A stretch of DNA of 64,000 nt from Eledone cirrhosa. Its lineage: Eukaryota. Positions 53,018-64,000 of the stretch are shown here, piece after piece. The DNA lies in NCBI GenBank assembly GCA_964016885.1, contig OZ024763.1:15686001-15750000 (forward strand), read 5' to 3'. How positions within the stretch are numbered: the stretch's first letter is position 1; every line of letters starts with the position of its first letter. The position numbers and the translations under genes were made by a program. The notes under the pieces are model-generated. The model saw nothing but the letters and a program-made list of their open reading frames with translations, was not told the origin of the DNA and did not search any database.

Positions 53018-53477
53018 CATATATATATTGTTATATTGCCAGAAATAATAATAAAACACACACACTGTTTGGTTTGGATTGGTTTTCGCTTCTGTATCTT
53101 TTATATCTCTATAGTTAATTTATCTGGCAATCAAGGTTTAAAACATTGTGCTTACATATACATATATATATCATCATCATCATCATCATCATTTTACGTC
53201 CGCTTTTCCCTGCTTGCAAGGGTGGGACGGGAACACTAACCTCATTTACAGTGAGTGCTGGGTGCTTTTTTGCCGTGGCACCTCCACGACCACTTAGCAG
53301 TGGAATGATAGGGACCCCAGTCCCTATCATCTCATTTCTACAGCTGAGTAAACTAGAGAAATGTGAAATAAAGTGTCTTGCTCAAGGAAACAACACACCA
53401 CCCAGTCTGAGAATTGAACTCACAACCTTTCGATTGCAAGTCCAATGCTCTACCCACTAAGCCCTGTGTCTCCATAC

Positions 53478-53509
<32 letters not shown>

Positions 53510-53677
53510 GGCAGGCTTCTACAGTTTCTGTCTACCAATTCTACTCAGTAGACAGGAAACCTGAGACTATAGTAGATGCTCAAGGTGCCACATAGTGGAG
53601 CAGAACCCAGAACCAACTGGTTGTGAAGTGAACCCTTTAACCACTCAACTACAAATGTATATGTTTGTATATGTTTG

Positions 53678-53708
<31 letters not shown>

Positions 53709-54206
53709 TCCAGGCTTCCCGAAATTTGCCAACACTACACCTGATATTCCCCCTCCATACACACGCACACATGTATCTGTGTGTATATCATGACTCATAC
53801 ACTGTTCACTTTCCTGACATTTGTACATTATTCTATGTACTATACATGCACCTTTGATGAGTTGTAGTGCACCTGAGCACTGTACACAATAATTTCATTA
53901 TATATATATTATACGCTCTGGGATTTTTACATAACCTTACCTATTGAGTATACTGAGTTGCAACCGGTACTAGCAGGGAAAACTTATGCTAGTCACGTCA
54001 ACTAGTTATACATACACACACATATATATATATATATAACGAAGGAGGTGTGGTAAGGAACCAGAATGACCATAACGCACAAGAGTACTCAATACTTAGG
54101 GTAGTAGAGTGGGTAATAAGAAAAACTTTAACCCCAACGGCAGAGCTCAAGCCTTTTCGACGGCTATTTCCGGAAATAGCCGTCGGGGTTAAACCTTTTC
54201 CCATAT

Positions 54207-54796
54207 ATCATCATCATCATCAACGTTTAACGTCCGTGTTCCACGCTTGCATGGGTTTGGACGGGGGTATTCCCACTTGAGGCAAGAGTGATTGTCTTGC
54301 TCGCATAGGACTGTCTGGCAGGTTTTCTACAGTTGGATGCCCTTCCTAACACCAACCACATTTACAGTGTGGGACTGGGAGGTTTTTACCGTGTTGCCTA
54401 CACGGCCACATTACAGCGTGGACTGTGTGTTTTTTTGTCGTGACACCTACACGATCTCATTTGTTTCGGCTTGGATGGCGTGGCACCGACATAACTTTAC
54501 ATAGAAGGGGGTGGTGGGACGGGGGTGTATTTTGTTAGAGATGCCTACTGGCTGTAGTAGGTTTTACTATGTATTTAGGTAAGGCGGGTCTTCTCTGTTA
54601 CTGAGTACCGCCAAAGGTCTCGGTCCAGTGACATTGTCTTGGAGAGGTGTAAGTGTGTGATGTCGGAGTTTATCAGCTCGTCCCAGGTTTTTCTAGGTCT
54701 GCCTATTCCGTGGCTACCGTCTATCTTTATTGCCCTGCACTTTGTTATACAGCTATCGACTTTCATGCGCATCACGTGTCCATACCAACGTAGCCT

Positions 54797-54800
<4 letters not shown>
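54207..54800 (-). mobile_element. Short RTE 3' fragment plus 3' UTR
   Basis: RRLRWYGHVMRM...GRPRKTW; near-identical to 26985-27590. Confidence 0.85.
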
Positions 54801-54827
<27 letters not shown>

Positions 54828-56229
54828 AATGATGTAATGTAATAGTTTATGCAACTACCTACTCAATCGAATGACGGGTCCCATTGTGGGAAGAACATCA
54901 ATATCAATATATTTTCCTACAAATTAGTATCTCTATCATTTACATAATATCTTATCAGCTCATTTACAAAATATAACCACATAGGATGAGGTGGCATAGA
55001 AAGGTTGTAGGAGTGCTTTTGTGGTGAACCCACTAACATTCTTTTCTTTCATTTAATGAGAACTTACAAAATATCTACATTCTTCATAAAAATACAGTAA
55101 GAAAATAAATATAAACTATCCCAGCTTACTCAAATGAGCTTTTATATATATATATATATATATAAAGTATTTCCGTAGGAAAGTAAAGAAAAAGAGAGTG
55201 CTCTATGTAGGCTACAGAGCTTTTTAGTTGTCCATGTTATTCTTTCTGACAACTGAAGACAGATATAAATATCTGTCTTCAAGAAACCACTGGTAAATGA
55301 ATTAATTATCTGCCCACCCTTGCAAGCAGGGAAAAGCGGACGTAAAATGATGATGATGATGATGATGATGATGATATTGTTTATTACATAACTATATATA
55401 TATATATATATATCCAGGGAGTGTAACATGGAGTTACTGTAGGTTCACCCAGGTGAGCACTCGATGTCTAGGTTCACGTCAGTAGCGAGGTGTAGAGCTA
55501 GACAGAGTGTAATATAATATAATACAAGGACGATTTGTTAAGCCTTCATTATGTTTATTGATTAGTGACGTGTGTTTGGCTATTGGTTAGCTTGAGGTTC
55601 GATCCATATCAATCTGGCCTGACTCTAGAATCAAAAGTTCGTCGTATTTTTTAACTAAAGAAATGGAAAAAGATGGGTATTGTATATATATATATCATCA
55701 TCACCGTTTTACGTCCATTTTTCCACGCTAGCAGGGGTTATGTGGCTACGCTGTAAGATGGGTTAGGCTCCTCGTATCGGTGCCATCCAGTACCGGGCTC
55801 CAAAAATGTGGTCCCGTTGTGAGACAGGTTCAGCACGGCCAACTGGCCTGTCTGTCCTCATAACGGAGCCATCCAGTTCTACACTGTAAACGTGGTTGGT
55901 GTTAGAAAGGGCATCCAACTGTAAAATACCCAGCCAAATTTACAGTCCTCGCTGGAGCAAGGTGCGATACATGGCCAACCCTGGCCAGACTTGCCTCCCG
56001 ATGTGGACAACCTATGCAAGCGTGGAAAAATTGACGTTAAACAGAAATGATGATGATATCTATATATATATCATCGCCATCACCATTTAATGTCTATTTT
56101 ACCATACTAGCATGGGTTAAACGAGTTGTCCCATTGTGAGACAAGCCAGATTAGATGACTGTGCCTCGCTCATACTGAACTGATTTTGGTTTGCTTTCTA
56201 CACCTGGATGCCCATCCTAATGTCAACCA

Positions 56230-59170
56230 CATTTACAGTGTGTACTGGGTGCTTTTTGTTGTGGTACCAAGATGAACACTTTACAGTGTGGTCTGGGTGC
56301 TTTTTGTCGTGACACCTACACAACCACTTTACAGTGTGGTCTGGGTGCTTTTTGTCGTGACACCTACACAACCACTTTACAGTGTGGTCTGGGTGCTTTT
56401 TGTCGTGACACCTACACAACCACTTTACAGTGTGGTCTGGGTGCTTTTTGTCGTGACACCTACACAACCACTTTACAGTGTGGTCTGGGTGCTTTTTGTC
56501 GTGACACCTACACAACCACTTTACAGTGTGGTCTGGGTGCTTTTTGTCGTGACACCTACACAACCACTTTACAGTGTGGTCTGGGTGCTTTTTGTTGTGA
56601 CACCTACACAACCACTTTACAGTGTGGTCTGGGTGCTTTTAGTCATGACACCAACATGACCACTTTACAGTGTGGTCTGGGTGCTTTTAGTCATGACACC
56701 TACACAACCACTTTACAGTGTGGACTGGGTGCTTTTTGTCGTGACACCTACACAACCACTTTACAGTGTGGTCTGGGTGCTTTTTGTCGTGACACCTACA
56801 CAACCACTTTACAGTGTGGTCTGGGTGCTTTTTGTCGTGACACCTACACAACCACTTTACAGTGTGGTCTGGGTGCTTTTTGTCGTGACACCTACACAAC
56901 CACTTTACAGTGTGGTCTGGGTGCTTTTTGTCGTGACACCTACACAACCACTTTACAGTGTGGTCTGGGTGCTTTTTGTCGTGACACCTACACAACCACT
57001 TTACAGTGTGGTCTGGGTGCTTTTTGTTGTGACACCTACACAACCACTTTACAGTGTGGTCTGGGTGCTTTTAGTCATGACACCAACATGACCACTTTAC
57101 AGTGTGGTCTGGGTGCTTTTAGTCATGACACCTACACAACCACTTTACAGTGTGGACTGGGTGCTTTTTGTCGTGACACCTACACAACCACTTTACAGTG
57201 TGGTCTGGGTGCTTTTTGTCGTGACACCTACACAACCACTTTACAGTGTGGTCTGGGTGCTTTTAGTCATGACACCTACACAACCACTTTATAGTGTGGT
57301 CTGGGTGCTTTTAGTCATGACACCTACACAACCACTTTACAGTGTGGTCTGGGTGCTTTTAGTCATGACACCAACATGACCACTTTACAGTGTGGTCTGG
57401 GTGCTTTTAGTCATGACACCTACACAACCACTTTACAGTGTGGTTTGGGTGCTTTTAGTCATGACACCTACACAACCACTTTACAGTGTGGTCTGGGTGC
57501 TTTTTGTCGTGACACCTACACAACCACTTTACAGTGTGGTCTGGGTGCTTTTAGTCATGACACCTACACAACCACTTTACAGTGTGGTCTGGGTGCTTTT
57601 AGTCATGACACCAACATGACCACTTTACAGTGTGGTCTGGGTGCTTTTAGTCATGACACCAACATGACCACTTTACAGTGTGGTCTGGGTGCTTTTAGTC
57701 ATGACACCTACACAACCACTTTACAGTGTGGACTGGGTGCTTTTTGTCGTGACACCTACACAACCACTTTACAGTGTGGTCTGGGTGCTTTTTGTCGTGA
57801 CACCTACACAACCACTTTACAGTGTGGTCTGGGTGCTTTTTGTCGTGACACCTACACAACCACTTTACAGTGTGGTCTGGGTGCTTTTTGTCGTGACACC
57901 TACACAACCACTTTACAGTGTGGTCTGGGTGCTTTTTGTTGTGACACCTACACAACCACTTTACAGTGTGGTCTGGGTGCTTTTAGTCATGACACCAACA
58001 TGACCACTTTACAGTGTGGTCTGGGTGCTTTTAGTCATGACACCTACACAACCACTTTACAGTGTGGACTGGGTGCTTTTTGTCGTGACACCTACACAAC
58101 CACTTTACAGTGTGGTCTGGGTGCTTTTTGTCGTGACACCTACACAACCACTTTACAGTGTGGTCTGGGTGCTTTTAGTCATGACACCTACACAACCACT
58201 TTATAGTGTGGTCTGGGTGCTTTTAGTCATGACACCTACACAACCACTTTACAGTGTGGTCTGGGTGCTTTTAGTCATGACACCAACATGACCACTTTAC
58301 AGTGTGGTCTGGGTGCTTTTAGTCATGACACCTACACAACCACTTTACAGTGTGGTTTGGGTGCTTTTAGTCATGACACCTACACAACCACTTTACAGTG
58401 TGGTCTGGGTGCTTTTTGTCGTGACACCTACACAACCACTTTACAGTGTGGTCTGGGTGCTTTTAGTCATGACACCTACACAACCACTTTACAGTGTGGT
58501 CTGGGTGCTTTTAGTCATGACACCAACATGACCACTTTACAGTGTGGTCTGGGTGCTTTTAGTCATGACACCAACATGACCACTTTACAGTGTGGTCTGG
58601 GTGCTTTTAGTCATGACACCTACACAACCACTTTACAGTGTGGACTGGGTGCTTTTTGTCGTGACACCTACACAACCACTTTACAGTGTGGTCTGGGTGC
58701 TTTTTGTCATGACACCTACACAACCACTTTACAGTGTGGTCTGGGTGCTTTTTGTCGTGACACCTACACAACCACTTTACAGTGTGGTCTGGGTGCTTTT
58801 TGTCGTGACACCTACACAACCACTTTACAGTGTGGTCTGGGTGCTTTTAGTCATGACACCTACAGAACCACTTTACAGTGTGGTTTGGGTGCTTTTTGTC
58901 GTGACACCTACACAACCACTTTACAGTGTGGACTGGGTGCTTTTAGTCATGACACCTACACAACCACTTTACAGTGTGGACTGGGGGCCTCATGTTGTTA
59001 CACCAACATGACCACTTTACAGTGTGGACTGGGTGCTTTTAGTCATGACACCAACATGACCTGGGTATGGTTTGTTGTGACATCAACATGACCACTTTAC
59101 AGTCTGGACTGGGCACTTTTTGCCATGGCACCAACACAACCACTTTACAGTGTAGACTGGGCACTTTGTA
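56230..59170. repeat. 48-bp satellite, ~60 copies, with higher-order structure
   Basis: Unit cactttacagtgtggtctgggtgcttttt(g/a)gtc(g/a)tgacacc(t/a)aca(ca/tg)ac; element tail at 56070-56230. Confidence 0.97.
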
Positions 59171-60814
59171 TAAACATGTGTGTGTGTGTTATCAAGAAAA
59201 GAATTAAAAATATAACTAAAAGAAGAGATTTTCTAAAATGAAATAATAGAAAAAATTGACCAAGTTGGATTAAATAACCTGAGTATTCAACAAGAAAATG
59301 AAAATAACAGGAAACAGAATTCCTTAACCCTTTGGCATTTAAACCAGCCACTCACACTGATGTTAAGGTATTGTTCTCAAAATAAATAATATCACAATCT
59401 TGTAGATTCGCTGTTATGTGAAATAAAGTGTTTAATGTATATATAGAGTAATGTAAATACTAAAGGGTTAATTTACCGAAAGTCTGGGACAATAAACATA
59501 ATTTTGAACAGAATATATACATAGGTGAAAAATTCAGGATGGAGAAGGATGTCTTGAAAAGCTAACAAGTACCTGGTCACTTGACATGATAAAAATAACA
59601 ACTATGACTCCCTCAAATCCCACCCATAACTCTTGATAAGAATATAAGACACATTGGTAAGAGTAGTCCTAGGTATGCTATGTCTGATTAGTATAAAATG
59701 AAAAAGAGAAAAAAATGGGATGGGTGGTTATCCGTGCAATTTGTCCACAGGTAGGCTTGGTCAAAACTGACCTGGGGCTAAATAAAATCTGATGAAGTCA
59801 AATCTCTTTAAAAGTAGGATACAGACCTTGAAAGTGGGTTTTATTACGGCAAAACTAGTCAACAATTTGTTTACTTGTCGAGCTAACAAGCAACGGATGG
59901 ACTGTATATATGTGAGAAATAGCAGCCAAATTCCCCGCAAATTACACCATATTGTCTTGAAAGAATAAAGGAAGAAAGGGTACAAAATTGAATAAATGGA
60001 AAAAATATGGCTGGATGATCGTGGTTGGAACGCCTTGTTGACCAACAGGGAGCTGAATTACCAAACACCAATAATTAATATTCTAAATAAAGAATATTAT
60101 TAATTAGCCAACAGATACGTGGTCACTCGACGTGGTAAAAACAACAGCTAAGAGACCCTCAAATCACACTCCTGCCTCTTGACAAGAGTGGGACAACATT
60201 GGAAAGTGTAGTCCTAGGTATACTATGCCTGAATAACAGTAATAACAATAAAAAAAATAATCATGATAATAAAAAGGAAGGAAGGATGCAAAACTGAATA
60301 AATGTTAAGTCGTGGATATATAAAAACATGGCTGGATGATCACAGCTGGAACTTCTTGCTAAATTACCAAACACCAACAAATTTATAACCTATTTCATTC
60401 AAACAGTTAGGTAATAATATTGCCACAGCCTCCATCCATCCATACGTGGAAAATAAAACCACACACACACACACATATATATAAATATAGTGCATTCCCA
60501 AAAAATGTATACACACTTTGATTACCTGTACAGGCAATATCTATTAGAATGCACAGCCTTTCCCAAAAACAAAATGATCTACAGACATAATTCAATTGTA
60601 TGTAAACACCCCCAAAATATTTACATAATTTAAATAATGCATATAAAAACAATTTTTAATGAATTAAAAAAAAAATTGTTTGTGTATACATCTTTTGGGG
60701 GACACCCTGTATATATATATATATACATACGGAAAAGAAATAAGACTAACTTGGCAAATATTTCAGATGGTTGTTACAAATAAATATTGGCCTAGGCCAA
60801 TATTGAAAATAATA

Positions 60815-61895
60815 ATTGTTTTCCTCTTTTGGCACAAGGCCAGCAATTACCCAGTTCATTACTGGTACTTTATTTTATCGACCCCGTAAGGATGAAAGGC
60901 AAAGTTAACCTCGACGGGATTTGAACTCAGACCGCAAAAGGATGATAATAACTTAGACGGCTGAGATAATTGGTGATTAGAGATAATGTTGATTAATAAT
61001 AACAACCAGTCTACAATAATTATTTAATTAATTAAGATAAAGCTTGAAATCCTTTAGCGGGGTGATAAGAAAAAGAGAGGGGTGTGTGGCTATGTGTGGC
61101 GTTCATACCTTTCTAGACTCTAGTGCGTCCATGATGTTAAGAAGGAGGGGACCCCACCCAGCTCGAAACGGACTGAAGGGTCATGGGTTCGAAGCCAGCA
61201 CATGACAAATACTACCCCCACCAGATAATAAAAACGATTGCTTTTAAACTAGGTACAAAGTTCTTGATGTAAAATGATGATAATGGTTTCTGATTTAGAC
61301 ACAAGGCCAGCAATTACCCCAGTGTATTACTGGTGCTTTATTTTATTGACCCGGTTAGGATGAAAGGCAAAGTTAACCTCGACCGGATGATAAAAATAAT
61401 TGTTTCTACTTTTGGCACAAGGCCAGCAATTACCCCAGTGCATTACTGGTACTTTATTTTATCGATCCCCATAAGGATGAAAGGCAAAACTAACCTCGGC
61501 TAGATTGGAACTCAGGACGTAAATGGTCATAACTCTATGCTGCAAAGCATGATGTCTGACGCTCTACCGATACTGCCAATACACCCTATGATTTCTGGTT
61601 TAGACAAAAGCCAACAATTTTTAAGGGAGAAGGGGAGGAAAGTAGACTAAATAGATCCCCAGTGTATTACTGGTACTTTATTTTATCGACCCCTAGAAAG
61701 ATGAAAAACAAAGCCGACCTCAACGGGATTTAAACTCAGAACATAGATAACCGTAACTAAATACCGCAAGGTATTTTGCCCGATGCTCTGCCGACCCACC
61801 GGCCATAATGGTTTTTGATTTAGGCACACGGGCCAGCAATTTTGAGGGGAGGAAAGTCGATTAAATCGACCTCAGTGCGTTACTGGTACTTTGTT
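60815..61895 (-). mobile_element. Cluster of partial and complete SINE family C copies
   Basis: Same diagnostic motifs, about 6 copies. Confidence 0.75.
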
Positions 61896-63550
61896 TTTTT
61901 TTAATTTACCACAAAGGGTTTACATTAAGAAAACATTAGGATGACATAGGACAGAAACAGAGTGTGTGTGTGTATGTGTGTGTGTATACAGATATATATG
62001 GAGGGTGGGGGGTGTAAACAGGCTTAACAATAGTAAAAGGAAAGGTAAACACCAGCTTATAACAGGTACTGATTTTAGCATATACATGGTGTGGGAGGGG
62101 TTCAGGTGGTAAACAAACGAAGTCTGACCGCCACAGGAGTCGAAACTACAAATAATAGCGAAGTATTTCTAACGAGATGGGAAAGAGTGAAAAAGGTCAG
62201 CTTGCAACACTTTCTGTGTCAACTCCCATCATTCTCGTAAGGTAGAACAAATAAAATCGGGAAGCTAAGACATTCATACCTTTCCCACCCCTAAAAATAC
62301 GTTTATCGATGTAAGGGAAGTAGTGTGTATATATAGAGAGGGTGAAGGGGGGTTCCCGAGTGGTGCCGGAGGGGTAACCAGTTACAAAAGGTACTCAATA
62401 CGTTGGTTAGAGTATAGGCATATTTATTATATATATAGAAATGACTTCTACAGGACTAGAACTATATATATATATATGCGCGCGTGTGTTTGTATGTGTG
62501 TTTATATGTGTGTTTATATGTATATATAGATGTTGAAACGGCAAGAGCTCAGCCGTATAGTATCGAGTACTCTTGTGAGTAATGGTCTAAACAGGTTTTT
62601 ACTGCATCCAATTTCGGGCCCTCTCTGTAAACTATGGTTCTTGTAATCCGACAAGAACAGAAAAGGAAACGAGACTGTTTCGCCTACTGGGGTTGCCCGG
62701 ACCAGAAGCCAGCACGGCGCTCACCATGACAAAAACAGACACAAGAGCTGAGATGTTGATTGAGGGGGAGGGTCAGAAACAGAATCTGGCGGGAAATATC
62801 ATCAATAACATTTATAATATTATTGAAATAAATCACATAATAATAATAATAATATTAATAAAAATAATTTTTAAAAAGTTTATATGTAATAAACACGTGA
62901 AGAATATGTATGTATGTACATATAGTTCGGATCTAGCTGTCGAAACGGCCGGAGCTCAGCCGTCGGGGTCCTGAATCTTTTCATATACATATATATATAT
63001 ATATATATAACTTCTACAGGACTAGAACTGTTTCATTCGTGTGTGTATACATATATATATGTGTTTATGTGTGTATGTGTATACATATATATGTGTGTAT
63101 GTGTGTCCCGGGTTCAACCACAAGTAAGGTACTCAATACATAGCAGATGATTTCCTTCAAATGAAACAGTTCTAGCCCTGTATATATATATATAACAGAA
63201 GCAAGTGAGATAATGCTGAGCTGTGGTTTTTGTTTTTAATAAACTAATTTCTTCTTTCGTTCGCCTTACCCCCTCCTCCAAGTAATAAATATTTCTAACA
63301 ATGCTACATGGTAAGGGAAAGCCTGTAGATAATGATATTAATGATAATAATAATAATAGTAGTAATAATAACATTTCAATTAACAGACAATAAAAGGCAT
63401 TCATAGACAAATATATTAAAAATAAAAATATCTATCTATTTACATATACATATTTATATATATATACAGGGTGTCCCAAAAAAAAGTATACATACTTCGA
63501 CAGCATTCAAATAAATGTGTATACATTTTTCGGGGGACACCCTGTGTATG

Positions 63551-63592
<42 letters not shown>

Positions 63593-64000
63593 CATTCACA
63601 GAAATACATATAATTATTTATATATTCATTATATTCATATACATACATACATACACACAAGAGGACGGCAAGTAGCTCAGTCGACACACTGTAGTAAAGA
63701 TATATATATATAGAGAGAGAGACGGAGAGAGAGGGGGGAATGAGGAGTGATGATGATGATCTATTACACTGGCTAGCTAGCTAGCTACTCATGGCGGTAG
63801 TTATTGTAGTGAAGTTTAGTAGTGGTGGCGGTGAACTAGGAAGAAACAGAGACATGGTGGTGGGAAATAATATTATTGCTGTGGTTGAAGTTGAAGAAGA
63901 ATCAACCACACTCACACACACTCAATAGTTGAGAGAGCTGGCCTAGTAGTTTATAGTCGAGGGACAAGTTTAGTCGCCATTCTCTGCACAGCTCTCTCTC
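61109..64000 (-). other. Cluster of candidate short non-coding 5' exons: >64000-63916, 63688-63655, 63322-63270, 62785-62725, 62290-62280, 61172-61109
   Basis: Donors gtgagt, gtatgt, gtaagg, gtgagc, gtatga, gtatga. Acceptors ctttactacag, ttatctacag, tttcccgccag, gtatttttag, gacccttcag. All on the ZNF strand; no long common ORF. Confidence 0.45.
63467..63544. mobile_element. Tiny Tc1/mariner-like MITE (relatives ~26875-26980, 60488-60709)
   Basis: ta-CAGGGTGTCCC ... GGGACACCCTG inverted termini. Confidence 0.65.

Noticed and set aside
56198-59091. Repetitive ORFs on both strands (also 11992-12390 and 30955-31833)
   Set aside because: 48-bp satellite with a unit length divisible by 3.
61160-61210. 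tRNA gene (gggttcgaagcc T-loop), and SINE heads generally
   Set aside because: No cloverleaf or acceptor stem; SINE heads are tRNA-derived, not tRNA genes.

Overview
AT-rich, repeat-dense animal genomic DNA. The SINE and RTE families and the (TA)n/(ATG)n microsatellites look like those of an octopod cephalopod (inference from recalled repeat motifs). One protein-coding gene is well supported, on the minus strand: two large coding exons (10976-8407 and 5366-3377) joined by a phase-compatible GT-AG intron give about 1519 aa. The protein has 10 C2H2 fingers in five pairs, an acidic EEKSDI repeat, an AT-hook-like motif and a PLDLS (CtBP-binding) motif. The ~52 kb upstream holds a series of short, apparently non-coding minus-strand exon candidates reaching the right window edge, suggesting a very long, multi-exon, uORF-rich 5' leader. 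The rest is transposon-derived: tRNA-SINEs, RTE and Dong/R4-like LINE fragments, piggyBac-, hAT- and Tc1/mariner-like MITEs (some nested), elements carrying hammerhead-ribozyme-like motifs, and many satellites that visibly grew out of TE interiors. Most ORF-track entries are repeat artefacts. All splice, structure and family calls were made by eye and none is database-confirmed.
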